Positions 29,351 through 39,504 of a stretch of DNA of 64,000 nucleotides are shown piece by piece. This stretch comes from a phage, in assembly GCA_030980935.1 (NCBI GenBank), contig GCA_030980935.1_3059.1; one strand, written 5' to 3'. The position numbers and the translations under genes were made by a program. Below the pieces are notes generated by a model, which saw only the letters and a list, made by a program, of their open reading frames with translations, made no database searches and was not told where the DNA came from. How positions within the stretch are numbered: the first letter of the stretch is position 1; every line of letters starts with the position of its first letter.

Positions 29351-29970
29351 TCAACTACCTCAATATCATAAACTTTAAATGTTCCAAATGAATCGTGTAA
29401 TTTTTCTTTTGAAATAGAAGTTATTTTATACTTTCCAATTGGAATCATCCATTCTTGTTCATGCACAATCATCATTAAGTTATCAGTACGCTCTGAATCT
29501 AATCCATCAGTATCTTCATATGTATACTTAAACTCAGTATTAGGAGAAGAAAGTATAATATCGCTGATATGGTCAGAATAATTAAAAGCTTTATCAGTTT
29601 TTAAACGAAGTATTGTTTCAGTGAAATATTCAGCATAAGAAAAAGAACACGCTGTGTGTAAACTAGTAGTAAATGAATCTACCCTGTTCGTTGAAAACAC
29701 TTCTCCAACCTGTAAATCTTTAATAAGTTCTTTTGTCGATTTTGATATACCACGATATAATTGATAAGGCGATTTAGTTAAATGCTTTTTAATGATTTTA
29801 TTCAACTGTCTGTGAAGAGCTTCATTCTTTTTGGCTTCCATACATTGCCAAAGAACAGACTGCTCGAAGTCAGTAAATTTTTCACAGACTTTTTTATACA
29901 TATCATATTGAAAATCAACGCTTTCAGCTTTTATAGATAACTGTTCAACATCTGCAGGATTAATAATCAT
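29347..29970 (-). CDS. modB: ADP-ribosyltransferase ModB
   Basis: 207 aa as T4 ModB. Confidence 0.75.
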   Translation of the reverse strand: MIINPADVEQLSIKAESVDFQYDMYKKVCEKFTDFEQSVLWQCMEAKKNEALHRQLNKIIKKHLTKSPYQLYRGISKSTKELIKDLQVGEVFSTNRVDSFTTSLHTACSFSYAEYFTETILRLKTDKAFNYSDHISDIILSSPNTEFKYTYEDTDGLDSERTDNLMMIVHEQEWMIPIGKYKITSISKEKLHDSFGTFKVYDIEVVE

Positions 29971-30037
29971 GATAGCCTCCGTATACTTCAGAAGCTATCA
30001 TATCATCGTTAGAAAGGAAAGTAAACAACTTTTTGAA

Positions 30038-30220
30038 TTATTTTGCCCAGGGAGCCCAAGGCGGAGGGTCAAGATGGTATGAAGCTAGTTCTTCTAGAAG
30101 AGCATCTGGGGCTTCAATTCCATAATTCTGTAATACTATACGGTACTCTTTCTTATAATCACTAGAATCATTCTGGATATTCGTAGAATGATTATCTTCT
30201 AACATCTCAAATAAATCCAT
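30038..30220 (-). CDS. Hypothetical protein (modA.2-like)
   Basis: 60 aa ORF. Confidence 0.45.
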   Translation of the reverse strand: MDLFEMLEDNHSTNIQNDSSDYKKEYRIVLQNYGIEAPDALLEELASYHLDPPPWAPWAK

Positions 30221-30228
30221 ATTAATTC

Positions 30229-30699
30229 CTAGCGATAAAAACCAAATTGACGATTAGCTTCAATAATCTTTCTTTCTTCTTCGGACATTCTCCAGCGTAG
30301 TCCAACATCAAAATGAGCCCAGACCATCCTAACAAATGCATTTATATCTTTAATATCTTCAATAATGAATGTTTTACTTTTAGAAGGTTGACTCGCTAAT
30401 TTAACTTTATCGTCTTCAAACATGTCAAAAAGACCATATTCATGAGCTCTTTTATAGCCTTTAATAGTTAAAGCTTCAGAAGAAGAAAATGGTGAATCTG
30501 TATTCTGCAAAATATCTTCAGTATGCTTTATAATTAGAATAACATTTTCTGGATATTTTCTTTCTTTTATATCTTTAATTAAAATATCCGGATTTTCTGC
30601 TAAAGGAATAATTAACGAGCATTTTTTATCAAGTGTATTTACTGATTTACCTTCTTTAGACATAAATTCTATTGAATATAATTTTGCTACTTCAATCAT
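30229..30699 (-). CDS. Hypothetical protein
   Basis: 156 aa ORF. Confidence 0.5.
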   Translation of the reverse strand: MIEVAKLYSIEFMSKEGKSVNTLDKKCSLIIPLAENPDILIKDIKERKYPENVILIIKHTEDILQNTDSPFSSSEALTIKGYKRAHEYGLFDMFEDDKVKLASQPSKSKTFIIEDIKDINAFVRMVWAHFDVGLRWRMSEEERKIIEANRQFGFYR

Positions 30700-30856
30700 G
30701 TGATTTCCTTTTGCCTACTAATGGACCGTCAGGAATTTTGTTTTCCTGAATGTATTTCTCATTTTCTTCCATCATTTTACTACCGATTTTAAGAAGCAAA
30801 TCCATTGCTTCATTTGCTTTAGCCTTTGCCTCTTCTAACGTCATATCTTTGGTCAT
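30692..30856 (-). CDS. Small hypothetical protein (54 aa)
   Basis: [25 protein letters not shown]...; ATG overlaps upstream stop; below cutoff. Confidence 0.4.
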   Translation of the reverse strand: MTKDMTLEEAKAKANEAMDLLLKIGSKMMEENEKYIQENKIPDGPLVGKRKSHD

Positions 30857-31056
30857 GATTTATCACCATAGATGTCTCTCATCAATTTAAGCGCTGAGCG
30901 TTCTAATTTCTTTTCTTTCTCAGCACTAATCATTGATTTCATCCATTCTTCTGACTCGTTCTGTATTTCTTTATTTGCCTGTTCAACCCAACCATCATCA
31001 ATATACATTGAGTTTGGTCTATTGAACCATTCAAGCATTTTCTTCAGAACTTTCAT
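30853..31056 (-). CDS. Hypothetical protein
   Basis: 67 aa ORF. Confidence 0.45.
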   Translation of the reverse strand: MKVLKKMLEWFNRPNSMYIDDGWVEQANKEIQNESEEWMKSMISAEKEKKLERSALKLMRDIYGDKS

Positions 31057-31528
31057 TTGTTTTACCTAAAACAATAGTAGGAGCATCGTCAAATTCATGA
31101 ATTTTTAGCAATTTTGGATTTAAATTATTCCATACATAATAAATAAAGTATGATAAAGCATCTTCACTCGCAATTATAAATTTATTTCCTTCATTTATTT
31201 TCCAGTCATATACTGAATCGTACGAATAAAAAGATAAAGGATTACCATTATATTGTTCTGCGCTAACATTAATGTATTCGGATTTAGTAAATGCTTCAAT
31301 TGCTCTAAACGGACTATTTGGCACAGTTTCAATAATTCCGATCTTTTTAAGTTTTATTTCAACATCTTCTGGAACTGGCATTGAAACGAAATTTTCTACG
31401 AGATACATAGGGTTACAATAACCCTTATCAATCACTACGGCTACAGTAATTGGAACATCTTTAGCAAACGACATGCTATTACTGCTAATATACATTTCAA
31501 ACAAAATTGCTTCCATAATTTTCCTCAA
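31031..31528 (-). CDS. Hypothetical protein
   Basis: 165 aa ORF. Confidence 0.5.
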   Translation of the reverse strand: MRKIMEAILFEMYISSNSMSFAKDVPITVAVVIDKGYCNPMYLVENFVSMPVPEDVEIKLKKIGIIETVPNSPFRAIEAFTKSEYINVSAEQYNGNPLSFYSYDSVYDWKINEGNKFIIASEDALSYFIYYVWNNLNPKLLKIHEFDDAPTIVLGKTNESSEENA

Positions 31529-31866
31529 TCACAAGATGTAGATGAACAGCTAGAATCACAAGAACTTCCGCATGAATCACCTGCCCATACATGAACAGGG
31601 ACATTTGTATCATATGAATCAGAACTAGACTGTGTATTCTGTGTGTTAGATGATGTAGTAGGTACTGACCAGCGCCAAGGATTTTTATAATATTCTTGGG
31701 CTTCTTCATAAGTCATAGTGACTGCTTCTACTGTTCCATCTCCCATATAAACATACTCAACTACAGTTAAAGGAAGGTAGTCATTTGAAATAGGAACTAC
31801 ACCTTCTCCAGGAGTCGTAGAGAAAAAATCTGTAAAGAAACTTTTAAACCAATTAAAGATAAACAT
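31525..31866 (-). CDS. Hypothetical protein with Ser/Cys-rich C-terminal tail
   Basis: 113 aa; hydrophobic N-terminus, tail [18 protein letters not shown]. Confidence 0.5.
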   Translation of the reverse strand: MFIFNWFKSFFTDFFSTTPGEGVVPISNDYLPLTVVEYVYMGDGTVEAVTMTYEEAQEYYKNPWRWSVPTTSSNTQNTQSSSDSYDTNVPVHVWAGDSCGSSCDSSCSSTSCD

Positions 31867-32072
31867 TACAAAAAGCCTCTCTTAAATTCGACTTGCTTCT
31901 CGCCATAATCATATCGAATCTCTGCATTAAATTCGACAGAACCATCTGCGTACATCATAAATGAATGCACAACAACTTCTGTAGACCATGGTTGTAGTTC
32001 ATATTTCTTCATTACATGCCGTGAAATGATAATATCTAAATCTTCATTTGGTTTAATCCAACGATTTAACAT
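31866..32072 (-). CDS. Hypothetical protein
   Basis: 68 aa; early promoter GTTTAC...TATAAT upstream. Confidence 0.5.
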   Translation of the reverse strand: MLNRWIKPNEDLDIIISRHVMKKYELQPWSTEVVVHSFMMYADGSVEFNAEIRYDYGEKQVEFKRGFL

Positions 32073-32140
32073 AGTGCTCTCCTCTATAAGATAATTCTAT
32101 TATACCATACTCATTTTGGAAAGTAAACCATTTAAATGAA
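32073..32140 (-). promoter_or_regulatory. Early promoter
   Basis: Minus strand GTTTAC...TATAAT upstream of ORF 31866-32072. Confidence 0.45.
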
Positions 32141-32144
32141 AAAA

Positions 32145-32162
32145 GGACTCCCGAAGGAGTCC
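32145..32162 (-). other. UUCG-tetraloop hairpin downstream of soc
   Basis: GGACTCC-CGAA-GGAGTCC. Confidence 0.5.
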
Positions 32163-32168
32163 TTGAAT

Positions 32169-32414
32169 TTATTCACCAGTTACTTTCCACAAATCTTCAT
32201 TTGCAGAAATCCATTCAGTACGTTGATTTTCTTCATATACTGTAGAATATGCTGCTTTTTCTGAAGGGAATGTCTGATAATGAGCACCAGAAATTTTGTG
32301 AACGTCAGAATAAAGAGGGAAAGCTACAGAAATTTCCTTTCCTTCAATTTTCTTATTTCCATCTAATTTCTGCTCAAATGTTTTGATATTAACATAACCG
32401 CGAGTACTAGCCAT
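32169..32414 (-). CDS. soc: Small outer capsid protein Soc
   Basis: 81 aa; sequence recognised as T4 Soc; late promoter TATAAATA upstream. Confidence 0.9.
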   Translation of the reverse strand: MASTRGYVNIKTFEQKLDGNKKIEGKEISVAFPLYSDVHKISGAHYQTFPSEKAAYSTVYEENQRTEWISANEDLWKVTGE

Positions 32415-32443
32415 GTAATTCTCCTTTTATTTAAATTACATGA

Positions 32444-32451
32444 TTATTTAT
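32444..32451 (-). promoter_or_regulatory. Late promoter core TATAAATA upstream of soc
   Basis: Reverse complement TATTTATA on plus strand about 30 nt upstream of soc start. Confidence 0.6.
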
Positions 32452-32497
32452 AATAAATTCTCGCGGCTTTTAAGTCGTCGTTTATTTAAACGAGCTA

Positions 32498-33016
32498 TTA
32501 ATAGCCTCGATCTTGACGAGCGAAGTTTTCGGCATTTTTCAGATAATAAAGTTTAAAGATTTCTTCAGCTGACATTCCAAGAGCAATGAATTTATTCATG
32601 AAAAAGTGAAATTGGTCAATTAGTTCAAATTTAATTTCAAGTTGATCTTCAGGAGATAAATCTTGAATTTTCTTGGATTGCATTTCAGAATAACGTTTCT
32701 TCCAAGGTTTCCATACAGCAGAAGCTTCTTTTTCACCATTACTCATACCACCAAGAGAAGTATATAGCTCGCGAGTTTCATCTGCGATATAATCGTCTTG
32801 GTTTCGCAACCAAGCAAGAACTTCTCCTGCAGTTTCAAGTGAATCAGGATGACGATTTGTTTCTGGTTTATCATTAGCCAAACGAATCTGTAAATGCCGC
32901 TGCATGTCAAGCATAACCTGCAATGGGTCAATACTGTGCATAATATACTCAGCATATGCACGATTTGCTTTATCAACACCTTCGATCAAATGAGCACATT
33001 CATTAAAGTGAGCCAT
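32498..33016 (-). CDS. 56: dCTPase/dUTPase gp56
   Basis: Track ORF trimmed to MAHFNECAHL (171 aa as T4 gp56), SD AAGGA upstream. Confidence 0.85.
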   Translation of the reverse strand: MAHFNECAHLIEGVDKANRAYAEYIMHSIDPLQVMLDMQRHLQIRLANDKPETNRHPDSLETAGEVLAWLRNQDDYIADETRELYTSLGGMSNGEKEASAVWKPWKKRYSEMQSKKIQDLSPEDQLEIKFELIDQFHFFMNKFIALGMSAEEIFKLYYLKNAENFARQDRGY

Positions 33017-33076
33017 TATTTTTCCTTTCAATTCATTAATAAGTTAAATAATTATATCATTTGAGTATGTAAGCAA

Positions 33077-34416
<1,340 letters not shown>

Positions 34417-34440
34417 TATATCATCCTCAGCAATTTATTT

Positions 34441-34476
34441 TATAATACCATAACAAGCTGAGAAAGTAAACAAATT
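34441..34476 (-). promoter_or_regulatory. Early-type promoter for the 186-aa nuclease-like gene
   Basis: Minus strand GTTTAC, 18-nt spacer, TATTATA; followed by SD GAGGA. Confidence 0.45.
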
Positions 34477-34506
34477 TATGATAAATATTAATTTAAAGGA
34501 GGACAT

Positions 34507-34707
34507 ATGGTACAAAAATTAATGGCACTTGTTAATGCCATAAAAGGTAATAAAAAACGTATAGCTTTTACTATTTCTGCTATGGTAGGAATTTTACTCT
34601 GGAACTTTATTCTATCACCTATTGCAATTGCACATGGTATTAATATTCCAGTGGTTACTCTTGATACATTTGTAGATTTAGCATTTGCTTTAGTTGGGTT
34701 GATTTAA
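34507..34707 (+). CDS. Small hydrophobic peptide (66 aa), plus strand
   Basis: Strong SD AAAGGAGG 4 nt before ATG; Ala/Gly/Val/Ile/Leu-rich, 1-2 predicted TM segments; only plus-strand ORF candidate in the minus-strand block. Confidence 0.4.
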   Translation: MVQKLMALVNAIKGNKKRIAFTISAMVGILLWNFILSPIAIAHGINIPVVTLDTFVDLAFALVGLI

Positions 34708-35732
34708 ATCTTGGCATATTTAGATAGCCGCATTTTAGCCATCAACCCCTGTGCAATATTATTTTTCATATATTCCATAATTTGTTCAGGGGTTGCACCT
34801 TCCTTTCTAATCATATCATTAACATCTTTTGATTTCCAGGGAGATTTATCCCAAAACATAACCCTTTCTCCTGCATCAACTAATTTAGTCATTCGCTTAA
34901 TAGTGTCAGGATGACGAGGTTCATTATCTAAAACCCACACACGTCTATCTTTAAATGGAACAACTTCTAGGTCTAATTGACCACCCGTAATAGCTATACC
35001 ATTTTCAATAAAAAGTGAATCTATAGGTCCTTCTAGAACATATACATCACCATCTTTAACTCGTTCGACTCCATAGATTTTTGTTGCTTCAGGATAAGCT
35101 TTGATGGTGATATATTTTTGGGGAGCATCTTTCTTTAATGCACGTCCTTGAAAAGACTCAGCTTTTCCATTAGCATTATAAATTGGAATAACAAGACGAG
35201 GCTCAGGTATTTCCTTTTTATATGTTCCTGGTGCTATGCTATTAACTAATTTAGGCCATTCGGTTGTAAACCAAAGATATTTCCATTTATCCTTTGGAAT
35301 ACAGCGAGCTTTTACATATTTTATAATTGGATGGTCTTCCGCCAATTTATCTAATCTAATGCATGACGGAAGAGATTTAATTATTTTCTTCTCAGGTTGT
35401 TTAGGAAGTTCTTTAGGTTTTTCTACTGGACGACTTTTACCTTTTTCTTTTCTTATTTCAAAGATATACTCACGATATAAATCGGGTTCAAACTCCTTTA
35501 AATATATTCCGATTGGTGCATGATAGTTACAGTTATAACAATGAATATTTCCTTCATTATTATCACCATAATACCATCCACGAGCTTTATTCTGGTCGGT
35601 TTTTGAATCTCCACAAACTGGACATCTAAACCGCAATTTAAAAGTTGAACTATTATTTACTTGTGTGAATTTAGGTAGATGAGCTAATGCACGGTATGCA
35701 AACTCATTATCAATCCAAGGTATTGATGACAT
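34704..35732 (-). CDS. 61: DNA primase gp61
   Basis: 342 aa as T4 gp61; N-terminal zinc ribbon CPVCGDS...CYNCNYH. Confidence 0.9.
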   Translation of the reverse strand: MSSIPWIDNEFAYRALAHLPKFTQVNNSSTFKLRFRCPVCGDSKTDQNKARGWYYGDNNEGNIHCYNCNYHAPIGIYLKEFEPDLYREYIFEIRKEKGKSRPVEKPKELPKQPEKKIIKSLPSCIRLDKLAEDHPIIKYVKARCIPKDKWKYLWFTTEWPKLVNSIAPGTYKKEIPEPRLVIPIYNANGKAESFQGRALKKDAPQKYITIKAYPEATKIYGVERVKDGDVYVLEGPIDSLFIENGIAITGGQLDLEVVPFKDRRVWVLDNEPRHPDTIKRMTKLVDAGERVMFWDKSPWKSKDVNDMIRKEGATPEQIMEYMKNNIAQGLMAKMRLSKYAKI

Positions 35733-35734
35733 TT

Positions 35735-35899
35735 TTACTCTTCTTTTTCTTTAGATTCCTCTTTCTTCTTTTTAGGAATCTGTTCAGGACCTTTATTTAC
35801 TACAGCACCTGACGTTGTTCCAGTAGAGATATTTTCAGGATTACCACCTGAATCTCCAGCGACCATATCTTCTTTAATAAATTCTTTATATGTTTTCAT
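35735..35899 (-). CDS. Small hypothetical protein (54 aa, 61.1-like)
   Basis: MKTYKEFIKEDMVAGDSGG...KKKKEESKEKEE; below cutoff; start lies inside a 47-bp direct repeat. Confidence 0.45.
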   Translation of the reverse strand: MKTYKEFIKEDMVAGDSGGNPENISTGTTSGAVVNKGPEQIPKKKKEESKEKEE

Positions 35900-35943
35900 A
35901 TTAACCTCTATTCATAAAAGCATTAAAAATTTGGTCATCAATA
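35897..35943. repeat. 47-bp direct repeat, copy A
   Basis: catattaacctctattcataaaagcattaaaaatttggtcatcaatag; 3 mismatches to copy B. Confidence 0.8.
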
Positions 35944-36257
35944 GATGGCGCAGTAATATTTTCTGCATCATTTAGCAAATCATTAATTTCATCAGATAGC
36001 ATAACACATGTACCTTTATTTCCTGTAATTGTTACTGCACAATTACGAACGTTTTCTTTATCAAATTTTAGGTTAATATTTTCGTAGTGAAAATCCTTTA
36101 ATGCCGAATATATCTTTAAAATGAAATTGTCTTTTACTACAATAAACCCAACCTCACTATTAAAACGCGGTTCATGGAAACTGTAATAAACCTTTTCATC
36201 TATAAAATCGTATGAAATTTTTTCCATTTTTAAATATGAAAATTCAGAACTATACAT
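35901..36257 (-). CDS. Hypothetical protein, truncated paralogue of the next gene
   Basis: 118 aa; shares VKDN core and C-terminus SIDDQIFNAFMNRG with downstream 196-aa ORF; flanked by 47-bp direct repeats. Confidence 0.55.
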   Translation of the reverse strand: MYSSEFSYLKMEKISYDFIDEKVYYSFHEPRFNSEVGFIVVKDNFILKIYSALKDFHYENINLKFDKENVRNCAVTITGNKGTCVMLSDEINDLLNDAENITAPSIDDQIFNAFMNRG

Positions 36258-36301
36258 ATTAACCTTTATTCATAAAAGCATTAAAAATTTGATCGTCAAT
36301 A
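36255..36301. repeat. 47-bp direct repeat, copy B
   Basis: catattaacctttattcataaaagcattaaaaatttgatcgtcaatag; 358 bp from copy A. Confidence 0.8.
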
Positions 36302-36849
36302 GAAACTTTTACAATTTTGTGATCGATACCAAAATACACAGAAGCAATATTATTAATATTATTTTCAGTGAAATCTAAATCAACATCAATATCTTTTTGA
36401 CTAACGCTCAAAGGATAATTAATACGAATAATTCGATTATCTTTAACAAAGATTCCACCGACATACTCTGTGCTGCGTTTAAAGTTTACACGTTTCCTAA
36501 ATGAAAAATATTCAGGTTCTTTATGGGCTCGACTCATAGGGCTTAAAGTATATTCCGAATATGAAATATCAAATCCTACACCTTCAATATGAGCCAAAGT
36601 GTCATGATTAAACCAATTATAATCGTATGCCAAATCCATTAAATTGTAATATGTGAAAGGCACCGGATTAACATCATATGTTGTACCTTTAAAATCTGCC
36701 CAGGCAACGATTTCGTTATCTTTAACAATTACAAAAATTGTGCCAATAAGATATCCACGGTTATTTTCATCAGGCGTTATATTATAACATTGTGCATCAG
36801 GAAATTTACCGTATTTAAACGGTGGATTTTTGTGCATATAATAAATCAT
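36259..36849 (-). CDS. Hypothetical protein (61.2-like) with internal repeat
   Basis: 196 aa; motif I(F/V)V(I)VKDN occurs twice; C-terminus SIDDQIFNAFMNKG. Confidence 0.55.
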   Translation of the reverse strand: MIYYMHKNPPFKYGKFPDAQCYNITPDENNRGYLIGTIFVIVKDNEIVAWADFKGTTYDVNPVPFTYYNLMDLAYDYNWFNHDTLAHIEGVGFDISYSEYTLSPMSRAHKEPEYFSFRKRVNFKRSTEYVGGIFVKDNRIIRINYPLSVSQKDIDVDLDFTENNINNIASVYFGIDHKIVKVSIDDQIFNAFMNKG

Positions 36850-36850
36850 A

Positions 36851-37144
36851 TTATTCGCCTGTGATTTCGGTTACGATATTTTTGTTATTAAAGTTTTTAT
36901 CGCAGTACAGAACATAATTATACTGCATTACACCACCAGACTTAAGTTGTTTTTGCACTTCAGCTTTCATTTCAGGACGATCGCGCTCAACGATATTCAT
37001 AATATCCGCTTCAATTTGAGTTTCAACTTCAGTCTGATCTGCAGTCATAGACCATTCACACAAATCTTTATCATATCCTGCCATAGCAGGCTGAGCAGCA
37101 CAAGAAGCCAAAGTAAAAATTGTAGCAAAAATAAATTTTTTCAT
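36851..37144 (-). CDS. Secreted small protein (61.3-like)
   Basis: 97 aa; signal peptide MKKFIFATIFTLASCAAQPAMA. Confidence 0.55.
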   Translation of the reverse strand: MKKFIFATIFTLASCAAQPAMAGYDKDLCEWSMTADQTEVETQIEADIMNIVERDRPEMKAEVQKQLKSGGVMQYNYVLYCDKNFNNKNIVTEITGE

Positions 37145-37204
37145 GATAATCTCCTCAGTAGTTTATGTTTATATAGTATCTCAATTTCCAACAAAAGTAA
37201 ACAG

Positions 37205-37462
37205 CTATTTTAAAACTTCTGCGTAATCACATGTTACAAACTGTTTCTCTAGCTTAACGATTTTACGAAAATACCTTTTATACTGACGAATCTGCCTCTT
37301 CGTAGGACGTACAGCAAACTTAATAAATTCCACTCGACCAAATGGAGGACTTTCTTCTGCTGGAATATCTAACACCAATTCCCACGTATCTGCAATAAGT
37401 GCTTTGAATTGAGTATTTTTCCTGACGTTATACGGAGTAGGTTTAAATAAAACAATATGCAT
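37205..37462 (-). CDS. Hypothetical protein at gene 61.4 position (possibly TifA-like)
   Basis: Track ORF trimmed to MHIVLFKPTPY (85 aa) with SD GAGGA; directly downstream of dmd. Confidence 0.5.
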   Translation of the reverse strand: MHIVLFKPTPYNVRKNTQFKALIADTWELVLDIPAEESPPFGRVEFIKFAVRPTKRQIRQYKRYFRKIVKLEKQFVTCDYAEVLK

Positions 37463-37463
37463 A

Positions 37464-37646
37464 TTATCCTCGGCAATCCACTTCGCACACTTTCTTGTCA
37501 TCAATGAAAGCTTCAACTAATGCTTTATTAACTTCAGCATATTGAGTAGTAGCCCATTGAACGTCATCTTTCATCATTGTGATTTCTTTAGTAAACATGC
37601 TTTCATTCTTAAACCACCCCATAAAAACTACCTTTACCAATTCCAT
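37464..37646 (-). CDS. dmd: Dmd antitoxin (inhibitor of RnlA/LsoA)
   Basis: 60 aa; sequence recognised as T4 Dmd (MELVKVVFMGWFKNESMFTKEI...). Confidence 0.9.
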   Translation of the reverse strand: MELVKVVFMGWFKNESMFTKEITMMKDDVQWATTQYAEVNKALVEAFIDDKKVCEVDCRG

Positions 37647-37649
37647 AAC

Positions 37650-37704
37650 AATCTCCTCATTTAACCAACAAGACTACTATACCATAGTCTTGTCAGCTTG
37701 TAAA
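37650..37704 (-). promoter_or_regulatory. Early promoter upstream of dmd
   Basis: Minus strand GTTTAC...TATAGT. Confidence 0.45.
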
Positions 37705-39132
37705 CTAAAATTTTAATTCATTTGCCAAAGCATCTAACTGTGCTCGAGTGGATTCATTTCTTTGATAGCGATTCTGTTCAGCCTGAATCTGTTGTGAACC
37801 TGCTACTTCACTCACTTCAGTTGGAGTAGAATCTTGTTCAATTTCTACCCATTTCTGATTTCCCTTTTGAACACCCATCAAAAACTTATTCCACTTATTC
37901 TTATCGCCATATCGTGATTTGATTTGCTTAATGAGTTGTTGTTCAGCAGCTGCTAGCTCCTCGGTTTCAATGACCGCAAGCATAAAATCAGCTGTTGCTG
38001 GAAGACCAGCAGATTCTGCGATATCACTCATGTTAACATCGGAAGAGTCCCAAGCTTGTTTACCAACCTGTGCTGCAGTCCAAAGAACAGTTTCGGTTTC
38101 AACAGCAAGAGCACGCAATTCCTCTGCAATAGCTTTAACAGTTGTGTAACTATTTTCTGAGTAAACTCTGATGCGGCAAGATTTACAAATACCTAGATAG
38201 TCGACAATAATGATTGTTGGAACAAAATTCTTTTTGAGCTTCAATTCATTCAAGAGAGACCTGAATGTGTTAGCATCTGCCCCACCAGTAGGGTACTGTT
38301 TAACAATTAAACGACCGAGAGTAGATTTCTCACGCCATTTTTCCATTTTTCCTTTATACTCAGCGTAAGAAATATGCCCATCATCAATGTCATCAAGAGA
38401 AACATCGAGCATATTAGCGTCAATACGTTTAGCACAGACTTCTTCTGCCATTTCCATGGAGATATAAAGAACGTTATGTCCAAGCTGTAAATAATCTGCT
38501 GCTAATGAACACAATCCTAATGATTTACCAACGTTAACGCCAGCCATTAAAACGTTCAGTGTTCCAGTTTCAGCTCCGCCTTTAGTAATTTTGTTTAGAA
38601 TTCTGAGTTTAAATGGAACCTTACGAGCTTTATTCATATAAGATAGCCAACGTGCTTCGTAGTCATCCATCCAATCATGACCAACGTAACTATCAAATGA
38701 AATTGATAATGCTTGGCGCATGATGTCAGGAATAGCACCAACATCCGGCATTTTCTTATTTCGTTTTTCCGGAGGAAGCTCAGCATTAGTTTGAATTTCG
38801 ATTATTTTAGACGTAGCATTAAACATCGCCCTTTGCTGAACATATTTTTCTGTTTCTTTTATTAACCAACTGTGGTCTTCCGGAGAATCAGCTAGTTTTG
38901 AAATAAGTGTTTTTACACCAGAATATTCTGTTTCCGTAAATGAACTATTTTCTAATGCAACATTTAACGCATTAATAGATGGAACGCTATGATACTCATT
39001 GACATGAGATTTAATTAATTTGAATGTATTTTTAGCTGGACCACTTTCAAAATATTCTGAATCCATATATGGCCAAACTTTTGAAAAATAAGCTTGATCA
39101 AATATGAGATGAGAAAGAATAATTTCTACCAC
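37705..39132 (-). CDS. 41: Replicative DNA helicase gp41 (DnaB-like)
   Basis: 475 aa as T4 gp41; Walker A GVNVGKS. Confidence 0.9.
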   Translation of the reverse strand: MVEIILSHLIFDQAYFSKVWPYMDSEYFESGPAKNTFKLIKSHVNEYHSVPSINALNVALENSSFTETEYSGVKTLISKLADSPEDHSWLIKETEKYVQQRAMFNATSKIIEIQTNAELPPEKRNKKMPDVGAIPDIMRQALSISFDSYVGHDWMDDYEARWLSYMNKARKVPFKLRILNKITKGGAETGTLNVLMAGVNVGKSLGLCSLAADYLQLGHNVLYISMEMAEEVCAKRIDANMLDVSLDDIDDGHISYAEYKGKMEKWREKSTLGRLIVKQYPTGGADANTFRSLLNELKLKKNFVPTIIIVDYLGICKSCRIRVYSENSYTTVKAIAEELRALAVETETVLWTAAQVGKQAWDSSDVNMSDIAESAGLPATADFMLAVIETEELAAAEQQLIKQIKSRYGDKNKWNKFLMGVQKGNQKWVEIEQDSTPTEVSEVAGSQQIQAEQNRYQRNESTRAQLDALANELKF

Positions 39133-39141
39133 ACTTACTCC

Positions 39142-39504
39142 TTAAAAGAATTTAAACTTTTTCTTTGACCTTTTATTAAATGCATCTTGTAGTTGCATTG
39201 TAATACATTTTTCTACATGAGGAGCTAACTCAGCTTTTCTTTCTTGGTCAAGAACAGCAAAGTCCATTACGACTTTTCCATTAACCCAATCTAATTTTGT
39301 CACATACACAATGTGTGTAGAACCATCTTCTAGTTTAATGACAATCTCCTGGATAACATTTTCCATGGCAGATTTAATTATCTTAAGAGACTCATTAAAA
39401 AGACGTTCTTTTCTTTCTTCTTCCCCCTCCGAAGAGGGGGATTCATCGATAATTTCTAGATCTAAATCTAAATCATCTTTATTCATTAAATTCTTCCATA
39501 TCAC
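39142..39504 (-). CDS. 40: gp40-like head assembly protein
   Basis: 120 aa, position between 41 and uvsX; internal CCCCUC-UUCG-GAGGGG hairpin. Confidence 0.55.
   Translation of the reverse strand: MIWKNLMNKDDLDLDLEIIDESPSSEGEEERKERLFNESLKIIKSAMENVIQEIVIKLEDGSTHIVYVTKLDWVNGKVVMDFAVLDQERKAELAPHVEKCITMQLQDAFNKRSKKKFKFF

Noticed and set aside
39421-39436. Hairpin CCCCTC-CGAA-GAGGGG as a transcription terminator
   Set aside because: Lies inside the gp40 coding frame with no U-run; more likely an intragenic RNA structure
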